IMG/VR virus record: IMGVR_UViG_3300012971_000065
Location: 1-29,577 of that record
From: a virus
Taxonomy: Duplodnaviria; Caudoviricetes
Length of the DNA stretch: 29,577 nt
Reading direction: 5' to 3' (one strand)
Made by a program: the position numbers and the translations under genes. Below are positions 1 through 7,627 of this stretch, piece after piece. Position 1 is the stretch's first letter, and each line of letters starts with the position of its first letter. Below the pieces are notes generated by a model that made no database searches, was not told the origin of the DNA, and saw only the letters and a program-made list of their open reading frames with translations.

Positions 1-210
1 CGCGGCGCGTTCCGGATCATCCAGCGCTGGCGGCGTATGGCCCGGCTCGATTCCGGCAAGCTCTGGCTCGAGCTAGCGCACTTAGACGATTATCGGCAGA
101 AACTCAGCATCGATAAGACGGCACAATCGCAGGGTCAGCTGCTCGAGAGCGGTGCCGAGAATGTTGTCGCGCTTACTCGCGGCGAGACCGAGGAGGCCGG
201 CGCGGCCTAA
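1..210 (+). CDS. 3' end of a hypothetical protein (partial; weak GapR/DUF2312-like resemblance)
   Basis: Frame 1 is open from the window edge to TAA at 208-210 (RGAFRIIQRWRRMARLDSGKLWLELAHLDDYRQKLSID...) and converges on the 214..1113 gene; the family resemblance is by eye only. Confidence 0.5.
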   Translation, partial: RGAFRIIQRWRRMARLDSGKLWLELAHLDDYRQKLSIDKTAQSQGQLLESGAENVVALTRGETEEAGAA

Positions 211-213
211 AAC

Positions 214-1113
214 TCATCGTACCTTGACCGCCGAGCGTCCAGCCGCATATCTCGCCCTACGCTCCTGCATCGCCTTTTGCTTTGCCGCTTCCCATCCCTG
301 CCAACTATCCGGTAGCGGAGGTTCGAACTTGGTTGGCGAATCCTTTTCGTCGATCAAGAATTTTTCTAATTTCATGAACGCGATAAAGGCTTCGTGGAGC
401 TTCTGATCACTGATTGAGTGACGACTGTCGGGATGCAGGGCGCGCCGGATCGTGTCGAATGTATCTTTGTCCATGAGAGCCCTGCGCCGAGCAAAAAGCT
501 GCTTCGCCTCATCGATCTGTTGCCTCCACTGCGGCAACACCGTCGCATCCACAAATTCCTTTACTTTGTTGCTGACCTCTTGACGAAAGCTCACGGCGAG
601 TCGTGCCTTCTCCTGGCGTATTGCTGAATCGAACTTCTGTTGCGCGGACATTGATAGATCGTCGCGGCTGATTTGCGGCTCGCGCCGACCTCGCTCGCGT
701 TCGATGGCGAGTTGGACTTCGTGTTCGCCGAGCCCCGTTTGCGCAACTACCTTCTCGCGGGTCCAGCCCTGATCCAGGAATAATAAGGCTGCCGCCTGCG
801 TTTTGCTTTTGTCGCTTTTGTGTGAGTCTCTCCGACCTTTTGGTCGCCCCGCGCCTTTGGGATTGCTCGCAGTCTTGGGCTGCTTTTTAATTTTCGGAGT
901 ATCCGAAAATTCCCTCAAGTCTTCGGAAATAGTATCGACATGCACGCCGAGTTGTGTGGCAATCGTATGCATCGTGAAGCCTTGCTTGTAAAGTCGTTCC
1001 GCTACCGGCTTGCGTTGTGCCGGCCGATCGGTCGGTGCTAGATTTGCCCACACCGCAAGAGGGCAATCGTCGGGACAGGTGCGGTCCCCGCCCATTGGGC
1101 ACACGCATTTCAT
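214..1113 (-). CDS. HTH DNA-binding protein with Cys-rich N-terminus, GRP (AT-hook-like) motif and C-terminal HPD motif
   Basis: 299 aa; GGAG RBS; HTH 'GFTMHTIATQLGVHVDTISEDL', 'GAGRPKG', a second HTH-like segment and 'IRRALHPD'. Confidence 0.7.
   Translation of the reverse strand: MKCVCPMGGDRTCPDDCPLAVWANLAPTDRPAQRKPVAERLYKQGFTMHTIATQLGVHVDTISEDLREFSDTPKIKKQPKTASNPKGAGRPKGRRDSHKSDKSKTQAAALLFLDQGWTREKVVAQTGLGEHEVQLAIERERGRREPQISRDDLSMSAQQKFDSAIRQEKARLAVSFRQEVSNKVKEFVDATVLPQWRQQIDEAKQLFARRRALMDKDTFDTIRRALHPDSRHSISDQKLHEAFIAFMKLEKFLIDEKDSPTKFEPPLPDSWQGWEAAKQKAMQERRARYAAGRSAVKVR
889..911. repeat. Perfect inverted repeat AATTTTCGGA-gta-TCCGAAAATT inside the HTH gene
   Basis: 10-bp arms with a 3-nt spacer, read directly. 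Confidence 0.9.
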
Positions 1114-1158
1114 TTTATCTCTCCATTCAAGCAGGACACAATGCCTGCAATCATTGAC

Positions 1159-1185
1159 AAAAAGGCCGGGGATTGCTCCCCGGCC
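1159..1185 (-). terminator. Intrinsic terminator
   Basis: Minus strand GGCCGGGGA-GCAA-TCCCCGGCC-TTTTT (9-bp stem, GNRA loop, U-tract) just after the stop of 1208..1597. Confidence 0.85.
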
Positions 1186-1207
1186 CTGGCTTGTATTACC
1201 ACAACCC

Positions 1208-1597
1208 TTACTCGTCGTTTTCGGGCGGCACGATCTCGCCTTCGATCGTGTTGCGGCGCTGCTTGCGAGAAGCCTTGTAGCGACGCAGCACGACTTGGAG
1301 GGCCAGGTTGATAATGGCCAGCTTTTCTCCTGCTACATCGGTGTTTCCGAGCTCCTCGGCCTTCTTGCGGATGGCCATCGCCACCAAGGCATTATCCATG
1401 GAAAGCGATCCCTCAACCGCATGAGCGTCGTACGTCGCACGCAACAGATTGCGGTAGTCCGGGCTTTCATTGACGAGCACCCGGTGAACATCCTCTACGT
1501 AATCGTTGAATGAGCGTTCGGCCTTGATGTGCCGCACCCAATCTTCGATACGCTCGGGGAGAGGCGGCGCTTCGCGCCGCAGGGCGTTTCGAGACAT
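1208..1597 (-). CDS. Hypothetical protein
   Basis: 129-aa ORF with AAGGAG RBS, flanked by its own promoter and terminator. Confidence 0.75.
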   Translation of the reverse strand: MSRNALRREAPPLPERIEDWVRHIKAERSFNDYVEDVHRVLVNESPDYRNLLRATYDAHAVEGSLSMDNALVAMAIRKKAEELGNTDVAGEKLAIINLALQVVLRRYKASRKQRRNTIEGEIVPPENDE

Positions 1598-1640
1598 TAC
1601 GTCTCCTTTCTACGGGAGGCGCTATGCTCCCGTGGCAAAG

Positions 1641-1670
1641 ATCATAGGCCAAAACGGCCTCGCGAGTCAA
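1641..1670 (-). promoter_or_regulatory. Sigma70-like promoter TTGACT-N18-TATGAT with GGCC-N5-GGCC in the spacer
   Basis: Minus strand ttgact cgcgaggccgttttggcc tatgat upstream of 1208..1597. Confidence 0.6.
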
Positions 1671-1676
1671 CTCCGC

Positions 1677-2156
1677 CTAATGCGGGCTAATAATTCGCCA
1701 GGCGGCGGCGATTAAAGCCGCCTCGGCGCGGCCGTGATCCTTCTTGCGGGCAAATAGCGAGCTCGAGTGCGGAAAGAGCTGTAGAGCTCGCAATCGGCTC
1801 TGCTCTTTCTCACTCCCGCGTAGGCCGACCGCGCGCTTCCACATACTCGGTTCGACAACGGTGATGGGAACACCGCAGCAAGCAATCACCGCCTCCAGGG
1901 CTCCGACCGCGCGGCCATATTTGAACCCTGACGAAGCACCCTGTTTGGGCATCGCTTGCGCTCTCTCGATCAGCGCGTGCTGCGGGCGCCGGCCGACCAT
2001 CCACTCTGATATCGCCACCGGATCCACGCGCTCCTTCGCCCCGGCGCCGGCCACTGGCACGTCGATCGCGTCGAGGAGATGCAGCGAGCCGTCGTCGAGG
2101 ATCTCGACTAGGGCGAGGCCGCCGCGTACTCCCGGATCAATGCCGAGGATTCTCAT
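1677..2156 (-). CDS. RuvC-like Holliday junction resolvase
   Basis: MRILGIDPG, 'IERAQAMPKQG', 'SGFKYG', 'PSMWK' and 'DHGRAEAALIA' motifs; start placed at ATG 2156. Confidence 0.85.
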   Translation of the reverse strand: MRILGIDPGVRGGLALVEILDDGSLHLLDAIDVPVAGAGAKERVDPVAISEWMVGRRPQHALIERAQAMPKQGASSGFKYGRAVGALEAVIACCGVPITVVEPSMWKRAVGLRGSEKEQSRLRALQLFPHSSSLFARKKDHGRAEAALIAAAWRIISPH

Positions 2157-2277
2157 TTTCCCAAGCAGTCTCGAATAAGCTCGATCAGTTCTGGTGAGGC
2201 AGGCTTGTTGCCATATTCCGTCTCCCGCCAATAACGGCGCCGCAGTATCAACGAGAGTGAGAACCACTCTTCGCGCG

Positions 2278-2847
2278 TTAGCTCGACGCCGGCACGGATG
2301 CATCCAGTCTTTCGAGAGTCCATTGTCCGTTCTTGTCTTTCCCATGCGCTCGACCGGCATCGTCAAGTACGAGCGCTGCGCCGACGAGGGCCGTCGTCAA
2401 CGGTATGTAGAACTTCCTCACTGTGCCGTTGTGTTCATGGCAATCGGCTGGTGTCACTTTTGCGCAGTAAAATCGAAGAAGCCAGTTCTTCGGAAACACG
2501 AAAACGATCTCATAATTCCCCTGGACGTAAAGCCATGAATTGTCCGTACGCAAAATGCCGCTGTCTATCCAATCGGCGTTGGCGCGACGGGTTTTCTCGG
2601 CAATCTCGATGCTCAAGCGACCCGTGGGATTTTTGGCCGGATCGCGGCTGAAACATCTCTTGTCGAGCTTGATTTCGAAGCCCTGAGGATTCTCGCCGAG
2701 CGTGTATTGAAGCCGCTTGTCGTCATGGTCCCAGGTCGTGAAGCCCCATGGGTTTAGGATGCGATGAACGTGGCGCTGAAAGGCGATGCCTTCCTTGAGA
2801 GTATCGGCCCCGTCCGGAGCGTCTGGATATTCGTCATTCGGCGGCAA
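2278..2847 (-). CDS. Putative PD-(D/E)XK-fold endonuclease
   Basis: 'GFEIKLD' (E-x-K), 'TGRLSIE' and 'SGILRT' pattern typical of phage restriction-endonuclease-like proteins; overlaps the stop of the upstream MTase. Confidence 0.55.
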   Translation of the reverse strand: MPPNDEYPDAPDGADTLKEGIAFQRHVHRILNPWGFTTWDHDDKRLQYTLGENPQGFEIKLDKRCFSRDPAKNPTGRLSIEIAEKTRRANADWIDSGILRTDNSWLYVQGNYEIVFVFPKNWLLRFYCAKVTPADCHEHNGTVRKFYIPLTTALVGAALVLDDAGRAHGKDKNGQWTLERLDASVPASS

Positions 2848-3730
2848 TAGCTATCTCCGCAACGTGCCCGTAAACGTCCCATCCCTCGCGCTTCTCGCGC
2901 GGAAACATCTCCAGCTTGCGACCGTGCGTGTAGATCGTCTCGATGATATCGTAGAACTCGACCGGCTTTAGACTATGCTTGTTGCTGCGCTCGATGCTCT
3001 GCACGCTGTCGAAAAGCTGTTGCTTATCTGGCTCGCAGGAGCCGCGCGTGCACACCAGCAAGAACTCGTGACGCACCGAGTTGTAGTGTCCCATGTTGTG
3101 CTTGATCTTGTCCCAGACGAACGACGCCTTGTATTCAAATCCCCAGGCACGAACGACCTCGAAGGCTTCCTCCAGAATCGGCGATGTTGCCCACAAAAAT
3201 AGCACCGCATTGTCCTCGATCCATTGGTCGACGGGCAACGCGCATATCTCGTCTAATTCCATCACCGGGTAATGGTCGCGCTGCTCCGTGTGATAGTCGG
3301 GTTGCGTATTGCCATAAGACCAGGGCGGATCGGCGTAGATGATGCGGTACTTGTTGGTTGGCTCCTCCGTCACGCCCTCTTCCGCGGCAGCGGCAGCGAT
3401 AGCGGCCCGCAACGCGTTCCGGCCGCCGGTGAGCGAGTGGCGTGTCGATTTTTCGACAGCTTTTGTCGATTTTTCGACAATCAAATCCTTTGCTATGGTG
3501 GAATGATCCCATCCAGTACGCTCTGCAATCTCACGCGTCGAACAACCTGCATCGTGCATGGCGCGTGCAATCCTTGGACGCTCCTCGCGCCGAACACGCT
3601 TAACCATCATATTTTCTATTTGATTAAGCTCGACATCTGTGATCTCAGCAAGATCAACATACTCGCTCGTCAGCTCCTTCGTTGCGCCGAGAAAATTAGC
3701 AAGCAGCTTAGCCGACTTTCTCATCCGCAT
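2834..3730 (-). CDS. MT-A70 family adenine methyltransferase with N-terminal HTH
   Basis: IYADPPW, HYPVM, LFLWAT, WGFEYK, HEFLLVCTRG, HSLKP, LEMFPR; HTH at aa ~52-83; AGGAG RBS. Confidence 0.9.
   Translation of the reverse strand: MRMRKSAKLLANFLGATKELTSEYVDLAEITDVELNQIENMMVKRVRREERPRIARAMHDAGCSTREIAERTGWDHSTIAKDLIVEKSTKAVEKSTRHSLTGGRNALRAAIAAAAAEEGVTEEPTNKYRIIYADPPWSYGNTQPDYHTEQRDHYPVMELDEICALPVDQWIEDNAVLFLWATSPILEEAFEVVRAWGFEYKASFVWDKIKHNMGHYNSVRHEFLLVCTRGSCEPDKQQLFDSVQSIERSNKHSLKPVEFYDIIETIYTHGRKLEMFPREKREGWDVYGHVAEIAIAAE
3443..3479. repeat. Two tandem copies of palindrome TGTCGA-tttt-TCGACA (21-bp period)
   Basis: Identical 16-mers at 3443-3458 and 3464-3479, each an inverted repeat; encodes VEKST-KA-VEKST. 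Confidence 0.9.
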
Positions 3731-4365
3731 GCTCCTTGTGTGAATCTGTCCGTTTCATCGCCCCACGCGTCCCATCCCTCCCGCCGGCTCCTGGCGAACA
3801 GCTCGAGATACGGCCCTTCGACTAGCCGCTCGATCCGTTCGCGTACACAATCTGGCTTGCGCGAATGCTCGCGCCTGGGCTCAATGATCGCCTGGCGCAC
3901 GTCGGCGTTGAGCCGCTTCGGGTTGCCGCGCGTCGCCAGCAGGCATGGCTCGGAATTGGCGCGGGTCCAGTAACCCATGCCCATCAGCGGATCGACGTGG
4001 TCCTGAAACATCTCCAGCTGGCCGGCGTGCGCCTTGGCCCACACGAACGCCGCTGTTTTGTACTCGAAGCCCCACGACCGGATCAGGATCAGCGCCGCCT
4101 CGAGCATCGGCCAGCTCGCCCACAGGAACAGCGCGCAGTCGTCGGCCGTCAGCTCGCGCACCGGCAGCGCGACCATCTCGTCCAGCGTCATCGTAAGATA
4201 ATGAACGCGCGCGCTCGTGTAGGTTCCGTGCCGCTCCGGCCCTCGCGCCTTGACGGTGGTCGCATTGTCCCAGGTCGCGAACCGCCAGGGCGGGTCGGCG
4301 AGGATCGCACGGTAATAACCGCGCTCGAGTCCAACAAACGGATCGGTTTGAGTTTTTTCGAGCAT
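3721..4365 (-). CDS. MT-A70 family adenine methyltransferase
   Basis: ILADPPW, HYLTM, LFLWAS, WGFEYKT, GMGYWTRANSEPCLLATRG, HSRKP, LELFAR; ATG at 4365 (alternative TTG at 4380). Confidence 0.92.
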   Translation of the reverse strand: MLEKTQTDPFVGLERGYYRAILADPPWRFATWDNATTVKARGPERHGTYTSARVHYLTMTLDEMVALPVRELTADDCALFLWASWPMLEAALILIRSWGFEYKTAAFVWAKAHAGQLEMFQDHVDPLMGMGYWTRANSEPCLLATRGNPKRLNADVRQAIIEPRREHSRKPDCVRERIERLVEGPYLELFARSRREGWDAWGDETDRFTQGACG

Positions 4366-4628
4366 TGACCGAATCGCCAAGGCTCGGAAGATTAAGCGAT
4401 TCGCCGGCCGCTCGCTAACCGCGAACCGGGTTTATCCCCAGGCCAAATCGCCGAGCTTTACAAGGAAGCGAGAATCAGATTAGCGTCGCGATTCGAATCA
4501 CGAAGGCCGCCCGGGGTTGTCTTCGGACGGCCTTCATAACACTCAACAGATGGTTCACGAACATGTTCCATCTACCCTATCTCCAAATGATTCGCAAGCC
4601 CTCGTGGCCTCGCCACGAGTTACCCACA
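4327..4628. promoter_or_regulatory. Divergent control region/candidate origin: seven GANTC sites and two DnaA-box-like 9-mers
   Basis: GANTC at 4327, 4371, 4398, 4472, 4490, 4495 and 4589; TTATCCCCA 4432-4440 and TTACCCACA 4620-4628 (each 1 mismatch to TTATCCACA). Confidence 0.5.
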
Positions 4629-4647
4629 AGTTTTAGTAGCGTAGCGT

Positions 4648-4681
4648 AAAGGCCGCCGCCCGAAAGGACGACGGCCTTTTT
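4648..4681. terminator. Probable bidirectional terminator hairpin
   Basis: AAAGGCCGCCGCCCGAAAGGACGACGGCCTTTTT; fully paired (with G-U) on the minus strand, T-tracts on both strands. Confidence 0.65.
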
Positions 4682-4684
4682 AAT

Positions 4685-5185
4685 ACAGCCCCGACGACAT
4701 CCGCCGCTGCCGATACCCGGCTCTCGCCGACTGAGCGTCGAGCGGTCGTTCTTGGGGGAGACGGCTTGACCGCGCCGAAGTGCGGTCGAAGGCTCCCGCC
4801 GGTCTTACCCGACGGCTCCGATGTCTGCTCGACCAAGGAGACAAATGCGCGTGGCCTCCAAACCCACGTGATTGATCGGATGCGGTAAATACCCGCATTC
4901 GACCACATCATTTGGCAACACCCACGCGGTCACGGCGTACCTCGTGATCCCCTCCAGGCTTCGGCCTGGTTCAATCCCAGCGTATACGCCCGGTAGTTCT
5001 GGGCAGGGTAGCGGTCTGGTCCCACGATACGGGACGGGGCAATGGAATACGGGAGCGGAAGCTGAGCTTTCTACTAGAGGTGGCGCCCACCACCTCGTAC
5101 CTACTGCCGGTTCCTCGTTAAGCAAGTAAGCAAGGGGAGCCAGGCGGGTAGGGTAGAAAAGGACGGGTTGGGTTGGAGCCATGGT
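4685..5185 (+). ncRNA. Putative large structured RNA upstream of the helicase (family unassigned)
   Basis: No convincing ORF; about ten stems whose wobble pairs read as G-U on the + strand, including a C(UUCG)G hairpin at 4954-4969 and a three-way junction at 5068-5159. Confidence 0.5.
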
Positions 5186-5203
5186 TGAGAGACAGGTGAA
5201 TTT

Positions 5204-6796
5204 ATGCTCGCCAAGACCTTACGGGACGATCAGGCGCTCGCGATTGGTAATCTGCGCGGGCATCTCGAGCGTGGCGAGAAGCGGATCGTACTGCAGGGTC
5301 CCACGGGGATGGGCAAGACAGTGATCATCGCCGATATCACCGACAGGGCGCGGCACAAGGATCGGAAGGTTCTCATCACGGTCCCGGCGATCTCGCTCGT
5401 CGACCAGACAGTCGAGGCGCTCTACAGCCATGGGGTGGCGGACGTTGGCGTGATCCAGTCCACACACGAGCTGACGGATTGGAGCAAGCCGGTGCAGGTT
5501 GCGAGCGTGCAGACGCTGTACAATCGCTGGAAGGAAGGCAAGATGCCGGAGGCGGACCTCGTGCTCGTGGATGAGGTCCACCGTCTATACGATCTACTGT
5601 TCTCGTTCTGGATGTCGGACCCGCGATGGATCAAGGTGCCGTTCATCGGGTTCTCGGCGACACCGTGGACGCGTGGACTCGGCAGGCTCTATGGCCGACT
5701 CCTGGTCGCGAACACGATGGACGACCTAATCGCGCAGAAGGTGCTGGTGCCGTTCCGCACGTTCGCGCCGGACATGCCGGACCTCTCCGAGGTTCAGACC
5801 TCATGCGGCGACTTTGTCGAATCCCAACTCGACGCGATCATGCGGGAGAGCAGACTCACCGCCAACATCGTCGGCACCTGGAAGCGGCTCGCGAGCGATC
5901 GCGTGACGGTGGCGTTCTGCTGCTCGCGGGCGCATGCCGATCAAATCGCCAAGGAGTTTGCGGCGGCCGGCGTTGGGGCGGCGTATCTTGACTGCGAGTC
6001 ACCGCTGACGGAGCGGAGAGGCGTGCGGCGGGCGATGCTGTGTGGTGATGTGCGCATCGTGTGCAACGTCGACGTGGTCGGCCTGGGCGTGGATTGGCCG
6101 GAGGTCAGCTGCATCATCTACGCGCGGCCGACGAAGAGCGATATCAGGTTCGTGCAGAACGTTGGCCGGGGGCTGCGGGCGTGTGAAGGCAAGACGGACC
6201 TGCTGATCCTGGACCACTCGACGACGACGGCGCGGCTCGGGTTCGTCAACGAGATCGGCAGCTACCATCGCACGCTCGACGACGGGCATGGCAAGGCTCC
6301 AGCTCCGGCGCGGGTGCTGCTGCCGAAGGAATGCCCGGCGTGCCATCTGCTCAAGCCGCCGCGCGTCGCGGTCTGCCCGCACTGCGGTCACAAAGTCGAG
6401 GAACACGCGGACCCGATATTGTGCGAGCGTGGCACGCTGCGCGAGGTGACGCCGGACCGCGAGATGAAGGATCTGCGCAAGGTACTCCCCGATAAGGCGC
6501 ACGTGTTCGGCCAGCTGTGGTGGTGGGGCCACAAGAAGGGCTACAAGCCGGGTTGGGCGGCGATGAAATGCAGGGACATATTCGGATCGTTTCCAAAGGC
6601 GCGCGAGCCGGATCAGGAGACGGTGAGCGCGCCGTGTCCGGAGCTACTAAAGTTCATCTATGACTCGGTCGAACGCTGGAAGAAGGATCGTTATAACGAG
6701 CGCCGGCGTGCAGCGCGCGCCGATGATCGACCACCGAATAGCGGCGGCCGGGCTGTGCCCAAGGGCGCGGTTGCCGATGTCGAGGATCTTCGATGA
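5204..6796 (+). CDS. Superfamily 2 (DExH) helicase with C-terminal zinc finger (RadD/UvsW-like phage helicase)
   Basis: GPTGMGKT (I), DEVH (II), SAT (III), QNVGRGLR (VI), CPAC...CPHC. Confidence 0.93.
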   Translation: MLAKTLRDDQALAIGNLRGHLERGEKRIVLQGPTGMGKTVIIADITDRARHKDRKVLITVPAISLVDQTVEALYSHGVADVGVIQSTHELTDWSKPVQVASVQTLYNRWKEGKMPEADLVLVDEVHRLYDLLFSFWMSDPRWIKVPFIGFSATPWTRGLGRLYGRLLVANTMDDLIAQKVLVPFRTFAPDMPDLSEVQTSCGDFVESQLDAIMRESRLTANIVGTWKRLASDRVTVAFCCSRAHADQIAKEFAAAGVGAAYLDCESPLTERRGVRRAMLCGDVRIVCNVDVVGLGVDWPEVSCIIYARPTKSDIRFVQNVGRGLRACEGKTDLLILDHSTTTARLGFVNEIGSYHRTLDDGHGKAPAPARVLLPKECPACHLLKPPRVAVCPHCGHKVEEHADPILCERGTLREVTPDREMKDLRKVLPDKAHVFGQLWWWGHKKGYKPGWAAMKCRDIFGSFPKAREPDQETVSAPCPELLKFIYDSVERWKKDRYNERRRAARADDRPPNSGGRAVPKGAVADVEDLR

Positions 6797-7005
6797 CCAA
6801 CGAAGAGCTTTTGGCGACGGCGATCAGGATGGGTGAGCGATCGGCCGATGACGCGATCAAGTACGCGCGCCGCTCGCTGCGAATGTCGCAGACGATACGC
6901 TCGGCGATCTATCTACTCGAGCAGGGCAAGGTCGATGCGGCGCTAAAAGTATTGTTGCGGAGTCGGGCCGCGATGGAGGCTGAATTGGTGAAGGACAATG
7001 CATGA
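6793..7005 (+). CDS. Hypothetical protein
   Basis: 70 aa, ATGA-coupled to the helicase, GAGG RBS. Confidence 0.65.
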   Translation: MTNEELLATAIRMGERSADDAIKYARRSLRMSQTIRSAIYLLEQGKVDAALKVLLRSRAAMEAELVKDNA

Positions 7006-7253
7006 GGTTCACATTCGAGGAGAAGCTGTGTGCGGTGCAGCGCGAGTTGGCGATGCGGCGGATGTTATATCCGCGGCAGGTGATGCAGGGCAAACTGCGT
7101 AGGGATAAGGCAGAACGCGAAATAGCGCTCTTCGAGAGTATCGAGGCCGATTATGTACGAGCAGCCGCCCGTAGACGTATTGAGACGTCCGCCACTATGG
7201 CGGGTGAAAGAGGGGCTAGAATTGTTGCGGCATGCGCGTTTAAGTCCACATGA
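7002..7253 (+). CDS. Conserved phage hypothetical protein
   Basis: ATGA-coupled; 'EKLCAVQRELAMRRMLYPRQV' resembles a common small phage family. Confidence 0.65.
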   Translation: MRFTFEEKLCAVQRELAMRRMLYPRQVMQGKLRRDKAEREIALFESIEADYVRAAARRRIETSATMAGERGARIVAACAFKST

Positions 7254-7627
7254 GGCTGGGTGCGCCTGCTGGGATTGCGTGATTGATCTGATGGTCGAGG
7301 TGGCGGTGCATAGGGCGGAGATAATGGCGCGGGCTCGCTAGGAAGGCCGTAGGCGCGTTTTTCGGCCCGCAGGGTAGGGTGCTTAGGTTCGAGGCGGTAA
7401 AGCGATTAGGCAGCGGTTTCTGCCTCGGCGCGAGGCCATTGGTTCGGGAGGTAAGTTCCCCCGCCTGTTATTCCGACTCCCCGGGCGAGGCGGATCCGGC
7501 AAAAGGAGGGCTACAGACAGGACCGGCCGAGGAGCTAGCGGCCCGTCCACCGCACTAACGGGAGTAATTCGACACAAAGCCACCGCCCGAGGGAGTCGGG
7601 GGCGGGTGCCGGAGGCGGAGAGACATC

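Noticed and set aside
2157-2366. 70-aa N-terminal extension of the RuvC ORF in the track
   Set aside because: The RuvC fold starts at MRILGIDPG, and the extension overlaps the upstream nuclease gene.
4633-5182. Small ORFs (72-125 aa) on both strands of the structured region
   Set aside because: They overlap one another, are Pro/Gly/Ser/Arg-rich and lack RBSs or motifs; a non-coding explanation fits better.
7560-7613. c-di-GMP-I (GEMM) riboswitch resemblance: GTAA..GACACAAAGCCACCG...GCGGGTGCCG
   Set aside because: The P2 stem with GNRA tetraloop and its receptor are missing, so only scattered words match. An Infernal hit would be needed.
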